From positions 1-45,795 of the forward strand of contig JBBSWF010000063.1 in NCBI GenBank assembly GCA_038046365.1: DNA of 45,795 nt. Reading direction: 5' to 3'. The notes below the pieces were generated by a model. That model did no database searches. It was not told the origin of the DNA and worked only from the letters and a program-made list of their open reading frames with translations. Numbering within the stretch: the first letter of the stretch is position 1; each line of letters begins with the position of its first letter. Source of the stretch: Nanobdellota archaeon (GTDB lineage Archaea > Nanobdellota > Nanobdellia > Woesearchaeales > JAGWAF01). Of the stretch, positions 7,963 through 18,500 are shown piece by piece. A program made the position numbers and the translations under genes.

Positions 7963-8493
7963 ATGACTAAGAAGATGGACAGCGGATTTATAGTCTATCA
8001 TGGCACCAGCCTGAACATCGCTTTTGCTATCGCTTCTTGCGGAGCTATCCTTTCTCCTTTCGAGAGTGTGTTGATGAAGTTGATGGAGGCCAAGCGATTA
8101 TTGGGTGTTGATGTTTCAGCTATCAATCATGGCCGTTCGATCGAGGAGCTCGCTTCGCTCGTCATAAAAGGCAGTTATGGCCCTCATGAGCGGTTCCGTG
8201 AGAGGACAGTGTGTGTGTCAGCTGAGCTGGGCACTGCGAGAGTATACGCAATCCAGTACGATAGGGTGGGTGGAGGGATCGTTTTGGGTGTCCGGGTATC
8301 AGAGAAGGAGCTGAGTTCCTGCGCTCAGGGCTGTGGGAGAGGGATATATTTCGTGCCGTCTCGTCTCGACTTGCCAGGCCGCCTGGAGGAGGTCTATTGG
8401 TCTCGAGGGGCTGCCGAGGCAAAGGGGGTTGTCATTGAGAAGTTCTCGAAGTATTCACCTAGGTTTTCTAGTTTAAGGGCGATAGGTTGGTGA
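7963..8493 (+). CDS. Putative ADP-ribosyltransferase-fold protein (H-Y type)
   Basis: IVYHGTS near the N-terminus and VCVS-x5-A-x2-YA, typical of ART NAD-binding strands. Confidence 0.55.
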   Translation: MTKKMDSGFIVYHGTSLNIAFAIASCGAILSPFESVLMKLMEAKRLLGVDVSAINHGRSIEELASLVIKGSYGPHERFRERTVCVSAELGTARVYAIQYDRVGGGIVLGVRVSEKELSSCAQGCGRGIYFVPSRLDLPGRLEEVYWSRGAAEAKGVVIEKFSKYSPRFSSLRAIGW

Positions 8494-8510
8494 TTTGATG
8501 GAAAGGAGGT

Positions 8511-8942
8511 TTACCTTCCTGTTCCGCACACGATATGGACTTCACGTGTGGTGTCTCCTAGTGTCGCGCGCACTGAGTTGGATGCTTGTAAGAAGAGTAG
8601 TTCTGCTCCGGTCTTGATGCGCACGCCGACATCAGTCTGGCTGTTTCCTGGCCTTCGGCACTTGACGACTTCTTTTGGCGCGAGTGTTTGTCTTCCGCAA
8701 TAGCTTGCGACGCCAGTCATTTCCACGCCGTTGACTTCTATTGCCAGGTGGTCCATTCCTTCAATGGGTTTGTCTATGGAGAATGGGTTGTTTCCGTTGT
8801 TTGTGATAGTGAACGCGATGTCCTTTGTGTCTACTCCGCACTTTGCGTCTGATAAGAAGTCGGGTGGCGCGGTCTCGGTTGTTGTGCAAGAAAGAAGGGA
8901 GATCGCAAGTATTGCTGCCAATACGATGAGTGCGTTTTTCAT
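8511..8942 (-). CDS. Putative lipoprotein, Ig-like
   Basis: MKNALIVLAAILAISLLSC lipobox-like N-terminus; last gene of the pilin-like operon. Confidence 0.65.
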   Translation of the reverse strand: MKNALIVLAAILAISLLSCTTTETAPPDFLSDAKCGVDTKDIAFTITNNGNNPFSIDKPIEGMDHLAIEVNGVEMTGVASYCGRQTLAPKEVVKCRRPGNSQTDVGVRIKTGAELLFLQASNSVRATLGDTTREVHIVCGTGR

Positions 8943-8963
8943 GTGTTGATGGTATCTTGCCCA

Positions 8964-10265
8964 TTATTTAAGGCTTTCTTGGTTGGGTGTCATGAGAATT
9001 GGCGTTATCGGCACGATGTCGATTCCGGCTGTAATGTCTTTTTGTTCTTTTCTCTCGGCAGTGAGTGTCAGCGTGAATGGGGGGTTTACTGTGGGTTGCC
9101 ACGCGCCTGATACAGTTAGCTGCTGTGTCGCTGGATATGTCTCTACGTCCCATTGAGCGGGAGGTACCTGGTAGCAGGTCTTCTTGTTGCCCGCAGTCTC
9201 GGTCTGGCACAGCGACACGGTCAGCCCGTCAAGTCCTGGCGATGACAGTCTTCCGTGGTATGATAGCGGCTGTCCGGTCAGGAGTCCCATCCCTCCTTTG
9301 TCATTGGGCTTTCCGCTTGTGGGCACTCCGTTGGCTTGGAAGTTTATTATCTTGACTGGTGATTTCTTCACTACGGTGAGGGCGAATTTGTAGAGTGTGG
9401 GAGAATATGCCCATGTGGTGGATCCTGTTCCTGTCTTTCGTGTGAGCATTCTGCGGTCTGATTGCGCGCAGAATTGCACTATCCTTGTGTCTGGTGGCGC
9501 TAAATCTCCAGGGCATGGTCCGGTTTTCCATTTTATTGTCGCTCCGGGGGCGGTGTTTAGTATATAGACCTGCTCTGTTGCGCAATCGTAGGGTGTGCTT
9601 GTCTCTGCGCACTTCTCAAGTATCGTCTTTGCGCCTTCCCTGATAGTCGATAGTTCGTCTGCCACATCAGGGATTTTGGTGGTCGCAGAAAGGTATATTG
9701 TGGGTGTGGCCAGGGTTTCTCCTTTTTTGTTTTTGATAGGTATGGCAAGGGGCTGTGCTGATGTCGCTGTGAGTATCATTTCTTCATTGTGTTTTAGGAG
9801 TCCGATGTCGAATTGTCTTCGTGCGTCGATCCAGTCTCCTGATGGCGAGGCGTATGTGGCTAGTATCTCGTTGAATGATTTGACAAAGTGTGTCTTAAAT
9901 GAGGCAAAGGGATCGGGGTAGCATTCGGATAGCGTCTTGTCTGGGGTGTTCCATAGGCTGTATCCATTCACGATCCCGCAGTTGTCTTTCTCCCCCATGC
10001 CTCCGCGTCGTGCAAGCTCTAAGAGCGCTTGCTCTGCCGCTAGCGCGGCGGCTGATTCAGAGAACAGCTGCGCCTGGTCTGTGATGCTGTTCATCGACAT
10101 GAGGACTGCTGCGCTGTCTCCCACCTGGCCTTGTTTTGTCGTTGCTGTTTGCCGTCCTGCTAGGGCCACATAGGCCCAGACTAGGAAGAATATCACTGCT
10201 AGATTGAGTCCGATGCTAAACATCTGCCCTTTCTTCGACCGAATTATCTGGTGTCCAGCAGTCAT
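8964..10265 (-). CDS. Class III signal peptide (type IV pilin-like) protein, about 433 aa
   Basis: MTAGHQIIRSKKG|QMFSIGLNLAVIFFLVWAY; ATG 10265 overlaps the upstream TGA (ATGA). Confidence 0.75.
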   Translation of the reverse strand: MTAGHQIIRSKKGQMFSIGLNLAVIFFLVWAYVALAGRQTATTKQGQVGDSAAVLMSMNSITDQAQLFSESAAALAAEQALLELARRGGMGEKDNCGIVNGYSLWNTPDKTLSECYPDPFASFKTHFVKSFNEILATYASPSGDWIDARRQFDIGLLKHNEEMILTATSAQPLAIPIKNKKGETLATPTIYLSATTKIPDVADELSTIREGAKTILEKCAETSTPYDCATEQVYILNTAPGATIKWKTGPCPGDLAPPDTRIVQFCAQSDRRMLTRKTGTGSTTWAYSPTLYKFALTVVKKSPVKIINFQANGVPTSGKPNDKGGMGLLTGQPLSYHGRLSSPGLDGLTVSLCQTETAGNKKTCYQVPPAQWDVETYPATQQLTVSGAWQPTVNPPFTLTLTAERKEQKDITAGIDIVPITPILMTPNQESLK

Positions 10266-10927
10266 TTGGTCACCATCGTCTCTTTGGGGATGTAGAGGCT
10301 GATTTTGGCCTTGCCTTGCCAAAGGATTGGCACTGGCGCGCTTGCTGTTCTTTCTTCTTCAGGCTGAAGCAGTCCTTCTGATCCGATGTCAACTGATACG
10401 ACTTTGCTTGCTGGGTCGCTAAGGTCGTATTCGAATAGTAACGTTTTCTGGTTTGGCGGCGCTCTCGCGAATGTTGCTTCGCTGACTTCTTTAAATGTGA
10501 GCGCTAGTCGTGCGTTGTCTAAATATTGTGTCGTCGCAAGCAGCGATAGGAATTCTCCGTATGTCCTTCCTTTCCATATTTCTGGATTATCAGATAGGAA
10601 CTTCCAGGTGTCAGCGCTGACTTTTGTCGATGCTGCAAAGTCACCGTTATCTTTCACTCGATCGTCTTCGCCGGCTGCTCGCTGCTCGAACTGGTCGGGC
10701 AGAGGCGTTCTCATGTAGACTGATAATGTCGTGCCTATGTATGGGTTGGCGGCTGCTCCATCGATTATAGATGTCGTTCTTCCGCGGACCTCGACTATGT
10801 CCACTGCGCTAATCGCGTAGATGCCGTACATTGTCAGGTTGATTAGTAGGAGGTTGATTATCGATATTGTGTCTACTCCAAGGTCTGCCAGTTGTCCTTT
10901 CTTGTTCGTTCGCAGTGGTTGCCTCAT
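10262..10927 (-). CDS. Class III signal peptide (pilin-like) protein
   Basis: RTNKKG|QLADLGVDTISIINLLLINL. Confidence 0.75.
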   Translation of the reverse strand: MRQPLRTNKKGQLADLGVDTISIINLLLINLTMYGIYAISAVDIVEVRGRTTSIIDGAAANPYIGTTLSVYMRTPLPDQFEQRAAGEDDRVKDNGDFAASTKVSADTWKFLSDNPEIWKGRTYGEFLSLLATTQYLDNARLALTFKEVSEATFARAPPNQKTLLFEYDLSDPASKVVSVDIGSEGLLQPEEERTASAPVPILWQGKAKISLYIPKETMVTK

Positions 10928-11601
10928 CTTGGCGTCACCACTTCTGTTTTTGCAGTCGTCATGCGGTCCTTGTTCCCATCGCGTACAAGCACTGCGAGCG
11001 TCCTCTCGACTAAGTCAGCGCCTCCCTTTCCTTTGAGGCGGGTCTTTGCTATAGCAGAATAATCGTCATAGACTGCCTTGTTGTAGTACGCAGTCGAGTC
11101 TCCGATTGTTATCTTCGCTCCAATCGGAGAATCAGTGTACATGATGCGTCCGTCTAGGTATTTCGGGTCTTTTGAAGCGAGTGCCAGTTTCTGCGAGTCT
11201 ATCACTCCAGTTGGCGCCGCCTGCGTCGCAGTGTCGAAATATCCTAGCCCTTCTGGCGAGAACAGCGCCTTTGTTACCATCAAGTCTGATTGTATCTCTA
11301 CAGTGTTGATGCTGTCCGCTAAAAACACGCCCACGAGCGCCGGGGGGATTACTAGTGCTAGCGCGATGAGTATCACGCGCAGGAACACTGCGGTGGTCTG
11401 CACGCTGATCAGCCCTCTTTTCGTATTTGTATAGCGCCCTAAGGTCGAAATCCGCTTGTCTATAGACGCTGGCGCGTTGCGGGGGTTGCCCCATACGGGG
11501 CGCAGCGCCCGCGATGTTCCCGTCAAGGATTTCGAAGGCGCTATACAAATACCTCTTTTCGAATCGAGGATGGTGCCCGGCCGCTGTTTTGGAGGTCTCA
11601 T
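10924..11601 (-). CDS. Class III signal peptide (pilin-like) protein with a long basic leader
   Basis: TNTKRG|LISVQTTAVFLRVILIALALVI after about 60 basic residues; ATGA coupling on both sides. Confidence 0.7.
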   Translation of the reverse strand: MRPPKQRPGTILDSKRGICIAPSKSLTGTSRALRPVWGNPRNAPASIDKRISTLGRYTNTKRGLISVQTTAVFLRVILIALALVIPPALVGVFLADSINTVEIQSDLMVTKALFSPEGLGYFDTATQAAPTGVIDSQKLALASKDPKYLDGRIMYTDSPIGAKITIGDSTAYYNKAVYDDYSAIAKTRLKGKGGADLVERTLAVLVRDGNKDRMTTAKTEVVTPR

Positions 11602-12728
11602 TTTCCAGTCATCGCGTTCGCGATCTGCCTCCCGATCTCTTGTTCGTGTCCGGTTATTGGGTTCTTCTCGCTTGGCAAGTCTATGCCGTTTAGTTCCAGT
11701 TTGACTCCGACAGCGGGCCTATCAAGCATTTGGTCTTCCTCAAGTGTGTTGTCTAGTGTAGTGTCGATAGATACTATGTTCCCCCCGATGAAGACTGCTT
11801 CGCCGCTTTTCTTGTATTCTAGTATCGCGCTAATTAGAGTGCATGCTAGCTTCTCGCTCTCGGTTCGTGTCTTCTCGTCATTTTTGATGTATGCTGTGAT
11901 GCTGGCTTGTCCGGGGATCTTTGATTTGTGCGCGTGCACGCTCACTAGCGCTGCGTTCTGGCTCACTCGCTCAAGCCGTGCCTTCATCTCAAGTGCGGTG
12001 TTGTCCGGTCTTGTCAGCGCTGCTGTGCTTCCAGATCCTTTCATGTTCGCCGCGGCAGAAAGCGCGATCTTTGTCGTTATCTCGGATTCTATGGTTTTCC
12101 CGATCGTTGTCTCTGCTTGCGCCCCTGTGTCTCCTGCTCCTGCCACTCCTCCGTGTCCAGGGTCGATTATCACTTGTAGCGACGAGATGTCTGGGTTGGA
12201 TGGGCATCGCAGCCGATTGAGCAAAACAAGCCCTTGCGCGGGGTTTGTGGGATCTTGTTTGTCTCTCACTGTGATGAAGTTGTCATCTTTGATGATTAAT
12301 ATTGGGCTATTGATTGGGATTTCTTTGGCTGTAAATGGCAGTCTTGTGTCGATTGCGTAGGTCGCTTTCTCTTCCACTATAGTCTCGGCTCCTATTCCAG
12401 GTTCTTTCGGTTTCTCGTTTGATGCTGCAATGGCTTGTCCGTTCTCGAGCCGCTGCCGGAAGGCTGAATAAGGGAGTGTCATCATGTAGCTTGATCCAGG
12501 TATAGTGGCTGCAGTGGCGGTCAGTGACAGGTCTATCGCTGATTTCATCCTGTCGAATCGCGTATCGCTTGCGATCCTGGCTGCGTACTGCAAGAGGGCG
12601 ACCCATATCACTACAAGGACTATGGTCCATATGAGGTAGTAGGTCATTAGTTCTACGTCTCCTTTCTTGGATTTAAGAAGCCTGGATGGTAGCGATGACG
12701 CCATTGATGTTTTATTCCGATTCTTCAT
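11598..12728 (-). CDS. Pilin-like protein with N-acetylmuramoyl-L-alanine amidase (Amidase_3) domain
   Basis: KSKKG|DVELMTYYLIWTIVLVVIW; VIIDPGHGG, IESEIT, ALVSVHAH and VKLEL give the H-E-H Zn ligands plus the catalytic Glu. Confidence 0.85.
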   Translation of the reverse strand: MKNRNKTSMASSLPSRLLKSKKGDVELMTYYLIWTIVLVVIWVALLQYAARIASDTRFDRMKSAIDLSLTATAATIPGSSYMMTLPYSAFRQRLENGQAIAASNEKPKEPGIGAETIVEEKATYAIDTRLPFTAKEIPINSPILIIKDDNFITVRDKQDPTNPAQGLVLLNRLRCPSNPDISSLQVIIDPGHGGVAGAGDTGAQAETTIGKTIESEITTKIALSAAANMKGSGSTAALTRPDNTALEMKARLERVSQNAALVSVHAHKSKIPGQASITAYIKNDEKTRTESEKLACTLISAILEYKKSGEAVFIGGNIVSIDTTLDNTLEEDQMLDRPAVGVKLELNGIDLPSEKNPITGHEQEIGRQIANAMTGK

Positions 12729-12764
12729 GTTTCAGCCTGTTTCAATCGAGTTTTAGCGAGTGAG

Positions 12765-14831
12765 TCAAGGCGCGCTGCATGCAGTCGGGTATTCTGCTCT
12801 GTGCTCGCTCGCGCGCTTGCTTCCGATTTCGTAATGCCAGTATTCTTCTGTCCATCTGACAAAGCCTGCTTGACACATGACTGCTTCGAGTTGTTTGCGG
12901 TTTGTGTTTCCCATGTCTGATAGTCCTTCCCGCCCCATGTCTTCGCCTCTGAAGCGGACGTCGAGCGCCCGTCCGGTCACATGCGGCGCTGCGCAGCTTG
13001 GCGCTGCTGCTGGCGGTCCCATTCCGTTCTTGTGCGCGTCAAATAGCGCTTGCTGCCGCTCGATCGTGCGGTACGCGCTCGTTATCTCTAAGGTCTTCCC
13101 GGACCTCATGGCGATCTCTTGCGCTTTTTGGAATGCGAACACGACGTCCGGGTCTGCCACGCATCTTTTCTCGTCGAGCAGGTTCTGGGTGCAGGCTTCT
13201 TTTGGCAGCACTGCAAGTGTTGGTGTCGGACAGGTCGTCCCTGGCTTGACTTGGCTGCAAATGTCGAAGATGTCTGCTTCTGCGAGTTTGTCTGTGCATA
13301 TTCTGTTGATCTCGTCGTCTGCAGTCAGTCTTCTTCCGTCGCTCATAGTCTGCTCTGCTGGCGTGAACCTCAATTTGGCCTGCTGATATGTTGATAGCGC
13401 GTCCCTGACCAGCCCTTTCTTCTCTTGCAGTCCAGCTAGGATGAATCTTGCTTCGCGACTTTGGTCGTTGTCCGGGCTGCCTTGTGCGAATTCTGTGAGG
13501 AGTTTGATCGCTTCAGGGTCGTTCTTTTCTGCCGCTTGTTTCGCTCGAAGGAACGCGGCTGGAAGTGATGCTCCTTTAACGCTCTCCGCTTCTTTCAAAA
13601 AGTATGGCAGTAGGTTGTCTTTGATCTCCGGGAAGTAGTTCTGGAGTTTCTGGCTAAGGTCAAGTCCGCCTAGCACGGCGCGAGACTGCAAGTCTTGCAT
13701 TGAGACAGTTGTGTCTGCGCTTCGTTTGACGTATTCGTTTGTCGCTTTGTAGGATTTGACTGCGTAGAGTCCGGCGGTCTTGTCAGCTTGGTCGGGGTTA
13801 GGGGTGGTTATTGCTAGTTTCTCAAGTAAGATGCCTGCATCGCGGTATCCTATCTCACTCATCTTCTGGAATGCCTTTGATTGAAGGATGAGCATCGTGG
13901 CAGTCTCTATTGGTTTCGTGTTTGTCCCTGCTCTTTTCTCAAGCCATGTCTTGGAGTCGATTATCGTTCCGGTGAGATCTCCGCTGTCAAGCTTTGCCTG
14001 GACAGTGGGTATGGTGATGCCAAGCAGTGCCCGTAGCTCTTTCATTCTTTTGCTGCTTGCCTCTGATGCTGGGGAGACAGTGATATGGCTAGCTCCGTTG
14101 ATGGTGATTCTTTCCAGGTATAGCGGCCCGTTTTTGTACAGGGAAGATACTGACTGTTGGTAGAGCAGTGATTCCCCGCAGTTTGTGAGGTCTCCGTGCA
14201 TCATAAACAGGTAGTCGGTTGCTTGTAGCTCTGCAGCCAGGCCTTTTATTTCATGGATATTCTCCCGGATAGCTCCGAGGTTGTTGCCATATGTTGTCTC
14301 GGTCCTGCCGCTGATGTCGCTTCCGCCTTGCCTTGCTTCCTTAATCGAGCTGATCGTAGATACCCCGCCTATCTTCTTGCAAAGTTTCAGGCCTTTTGCT
14401 TGTTCTTCTGCAGACTCTCCAGGTGTTGGGTTCATCGATGAGTCGTATATGCATATGCAGGCCTTGCTTGCGCACTCAACCGGTTTCTTTCGCGCACCTA
14501 GGCATCCTGCGCCTTTTGTCTTGATTCCCTGCCCTCCTGTGTCAAATCCGATTAGGTAGTATTTCCCGTCGCTCATGGTGTATGGGAATTTCTCGACAGT
14601 CGCATATGGCTCGCTCTTCGCCGCCAGCCGGGCGAGTTCAGCTCCTAGCGAGTTGAAGCTGTCTGTGGCTGTCTGTTCAGTCCCCCCGCCGAACAAAAAC
14701 GGCCCAAAGTTGTAGATCACTGTGCTTGCTGTGACTAGCGCTATGGCTGCAAGTATCAAGCCTACTAGTTCCTGTGGCACCATCGCCTTGATCCCTTTAG
14801 CTCCTGCAAGAGCGACTCTCCGTCGTGGCAT
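12765..14831 (-). CDS. Pilin-like protein with TPR-like region and C-terminal M15 (VanY/VanX-like) peptidase domain
   Basis: KGIKA|MVPQELVGLILAAIAL (Glu at +5); ITSAYRTIERQQALF, HVTGRALD and EEYWHY. Confidence 0.85.
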   Translation of the reverse strand: MPRRRVALAGAKGIKAMVPQELVGLILAAIALVTASTVIYNFGPFLFGGGTEQTATDSFNSLGAELARLAAKSEPYATVEKFPYTMSDGKYYLIGFDTGGQGIKTKGAGCLGARKKPVECASKACICIYDSSMNPTPGESAEEQAKGLKLCKKIGGVSTISSIKEARQGGSDISGRTETTYGNNLGAIRENIHEIKGLAAELQATDYLFMMHGDLTNCGESLLYQQSVSSLYKNGPLYLERITINGASHITVSPASEASSKRMKELRALLGITIPTVQAKLDSGDLTGTIIDSKTWLEKRAGTNTKPIETATMLILQSKAFQKMSEIGYRDAGILLEKLAITTPNPDQADKTAGLYAVKSYKATNEYVKRSADTTVSMQDLQSRAVLGGLDLSQKLQNYFPEIKDNLLPYFLKEAESVKGASLPAAFLRAKQAAEKNDPEAIKLLTEFAQGSPDNDQSREARFILAGLQEKKGLVRDALSTYQQAKLRFTPAEQTMSDGRRLTADDEINRICTDKLAEADIFDICSQVKPGTTCPTPTLAVLPKEACTQNLLDEKRCVADPDVVFAFQKAQEIAMRSGKTLEITSAYRTIERQQALFDAHKNGMGPPAAAPSCAAPHVTGRALDVRFRGEDMGREGLSDMGNTNRKQLEAVMCQAGFVRWTEEYWHYEIGSKRASEHRAEYPTACSAP

Positions 14832-14951
14832 GCCTCTATTCCCCGACGATACGCTATTTAAAAGTTGTGACGATTACGTATTGTTCAACCGGTAGATGTT
14901 AACCGTCGGCTGTTAAGAATCGGCTGTTTTAGTCCTTTTTAAAGGAGAAAC

Positions 14952-15518
14952 CTATTTATTCAGTCGTTCCTGAACCAAGAACCAATATAAAAACAACTCT
15001 TTTTCCATATTTTGATGATCTTTGTACTTTTCTTTGATAATCTTCCAGAATAGTTCATTGTGCTTTCTTTCTTTTAGATGAGCAATTTCATGATAAACCA
15101 CATAATCAATCAAATGCACAGGCAAGTATCTTAACAAACTATTAACCATCAAATTTTTGCTAGAACTACAGCTTGCCCATTTAGATTTCATTTCCTTGAA
15201 ATAGACTTTGTTTACTTTTAAATGCAAGATGTGAAGATTTTCCTCAATTATGGAATGAACAAGCGCTTTGAACTCTTCTTGAGTTCTATTGATGTTTAAC
15301 TTTTTATTTTTGCTTGCTTTGAGAGAATTAAGTATCTCTTTGTGTTTCTTGTAAATCCATTCTTTATGAGTTTCAATAATTTTCTTTTCTGATTCATAGT
15401 TTTTTGGAAGAATGAGCATGAGATTGCCTGTTTTAAACTCTAAACGAGGATAATGAACTGGTCGATAGTTCACTGCATATTCAACATCCAGGTCGTAGAT
15501 TTTAATCTTCTTTTGCAT
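14952..15518 (-). CDS. YgjP/DUF45 (M48-like) metallopeptidase associated with type I RM
   Basis: MKSKWASCS and DYVVYHEIAHLKERKHNELFW; directly after hsdR. Confidence 0.92.
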   Translation of the reverse strand: MQKKIKIYDLDVEYAVNYRPVHYPRLEFKTGNLMLILPKNYESEKKIIETHKEWIYKKHKEILNSLKASKNKKLNINRTQEEFKALVHSIIEENLHILHLKVNKVYFKEMKSKWASCSSSKNLMVNSLLRYLPVHLIDYVVYHEIAHLKERKHNELFWKIIKEKYKDHQNMEKELFLYWFLVQERLNK

Positions 15519-18500
15519 AGGCTTTCACCCTATCCATGAGTTTATCGAATAAAACATTAAGGTCGTCAATCCTTAAACTGTGACGTTTAAGATATCGCCT
15601 TATGAATATCCTTACCGTCTTTTCGACTTCTTTTTGTGCTGTTGGCTGAGATATCCATCCCGCAAAGAGTAATTCATTCAATGAAATTGACAGTTCTCTT
15701 ATATCCTCAATTAATTCTACATCCTCCCCAAACTTATCTTCAAGAACAAGTAGCAACGAATAATCCAATTTACTTAATTTTAGCTCTTTTTGCCTTTGCG
15801 AGAGTTGCATGAATTCTTTGATTACTTTAACTCCTTCTTGGTATATTTTCTCATAGTCTTTTGTTTTTTCTTTCCACAAATAAAGAAGCCTCTGAACTTT
15901 CTCGCTAAGACTTTCCGAGACGGGGTTTTTAAATTTGTCAACGAGAACGAATCGGTTTAAAGTAAAGACTATGTTTGCTGCTTTTTCTTCTTTGTTCTTT
16001 ACATGCTGCTCAAGTTTTCTGAAATAGTCTTCATCAAATTCAATTATGGGAAGAGACTTCTGGATTTCTTCAAGCTCAGTTGTTTTGTGAATGTACTTTA
16101 TGGTTTTCTTGAAATATTGTTCTAAGTATCTATTGTCTTTTGGTTGACTTCTCAGAACAAGTCGCGTATAGTAGGTATAAATTGCGCTTATCCACTGATA
16201 TTCTGAGAAGAGTTCTGCTTTTATTGTGTCAGGACCAAGCAACTCAAATATTTTTGTCATGTGCTTGTAGTCTTCTATGAATGCCCTGCTTTTTTCTTCA
16301 TTTGAAGTGAGTATCTCCATAGCTTTTAGCAGAGTTTTACGATCATATTGGCTTTTTGGAACCTCTTTGAAGATGTCTAAGATTTGGTTCATCAATTTTA
16401 CAAAGTCCTTCCTGATTTCCTCAATGCTAAAGAGTGCACCGTTTATCTCTTCTTTGCTATAAATTTCAAACGCTCTCCTGAATTCTTTTAAAATTCCGAT
16501 ATAGTCCAGAATCAATCCTGCTTCTTTGACATCTTTATATGGTCTGTTTGTTCTGGCTATTGCTTGCAACAGCTTGTGCTCTTTCAATGGTTTGTCTAAG
16601 TACATTGTTTGAAGTACTGGAGCGTCAAAACCAGTCAAGAGCATATCAGTCACAATAATAATCTTTGGCGAGTCTTCTTCCTTGAATTTTTCAATAACAT
16701 CTTTTCGAATATCTTCATACTCCTTGCCATATTGAGCAGTTTCTTCTTTGACATACATAGCAATCCTGTCGGGCTCATCCCGTGCGCCATAACTAAACAC
16801 AATATCAGAATATTCTTCAGGAAGATACTTGTCAAGCTCTTTTTTGTACAGAACACAAGATTCCCTGTTTACCGCAACAACCATTGCCTTGAATTTACCA
16901 TCAACATTTTCTTTGAAATGCTCAGCGATATCCTTTGCTACTTTTGCAATTCTTTGAGGATTCTCAAGATACGCCTTTAGCAAGCTAATTTTCTTCTTAA
17001 CATCCTCTTTAACAACTTCTCTTGCGTCTTCTGGAATTTCTTCATACTCAACTTCCAAAAATGTATCAAGCATCTCTTTATTCAAATGAACTTCTCTTTC
17101 AAGTCGCGGTTGATATGCTATTTTTACAGTAAATCCATCGTTAATGGAGTCTGTAATGAAATACTTGTCAAGGTACTTCTCTTCTGGAGGATAACTGAAC
17201 ACATCATATGTGTCAACACCTTTCTTAGGCTTTGAAATGGGTGTGCCTGTAAATGCAAAAAAGAATGTGTTCTTGAGTATGGCCCTCATTTGAGCTGCTA
17301 ACGTGCCATATTGTGTCCTGTGGCCTTCATCTACGAATGCGACAACATTCTTCCTCGTAAGAATTGTTTCTTTATCTGTTGAGATTTTCTCAAGCTCTTT
17401 TTGAAGCACATGAAGTTCTTCAGCTCGAAATTTGTGAATGAGCGTGATGAAAATACCTCTCTTACCTCTCCCTTGATCGTGCTGAAGAACTTTCCTCATG
17501 CCGCTAACCGAACCAATAAGTTCTGGAAGAGTCATATCCAGAGCATTAAACTCATCATAAAGCTGTTCCTCTAAATCCTGCCTATCGATAATGAGGAATA
17601 TTGTTGGGTTAGCCATTGCCTCAGAGCGGTATAGCTTGTTTGCTGCAAAAATCATTTCTAAAGTCTTTCCAGAACCTTGCCAGTGCCAGACCAGACCTTT
17701 ATTTTTTTCTTCTTTGCCTTCAATATTATTGATGACTCTCTGAACGACTTTGCCTACTGCCCGATATTGCATGTATCTGGGAAGAACCTTTGTGGCTTCT
17801 CCAAACTGAACCCTGACATAAACAAAGTTATTGATGACATCAAGCAGTGTTTCTGGAATAAACAACTGAATAACTGAGTCTATGGAGTCAAGTTTTTCTG
17901 ATTTCCATTCATCTATCTTCACGTTTTCATTCCAGGAAACAATTGGGAAATACTTGGCTATTTGTTCTGCAGCAACACCTATCTGTACATATTTGTAGAG
18001 CTCAGGAATATCTTGTTCGTAACTTTTGATTTGTTTGAATGCGTCATACCAGTTTTCTGAGAAACTCGCTGGATTCTTGCACTCAATATCTACTAACGGA
18101 ATGCCATTAACATACAGAAAGATATCCGTTCGTATTTGCTTGTTGCCTCTCGTGTAAACGGCCTGTCTTGTGACAATAAACTCGTTATTTTGGACATTGT
18201 CATAATCAAAAAGCCTGATTCTCTTGAGCGTTTTATCCTTTTCAATCTTGATGGAGATGCCTTCTTTTAAGTAAAGAAGTATCTGTTTTATACCCTCCTG
18301 AGTGCTTGGCTTAAACCTGAGTTCATTGAGTAAATTTTTAATATCCTCGTCGCTCAGATCAATAGGATTGATAGCTTTTACTTGCCTGATTAAATTCCTA
18401 ATTAAAAGTGGTTCTTCAAAATTGTCTCTGTCTAATGCATTTCCTGGGATGAAAGTCCATCCTTTACTTTGAAGTTGTTCAGTAATATAGTCTTCCACAA

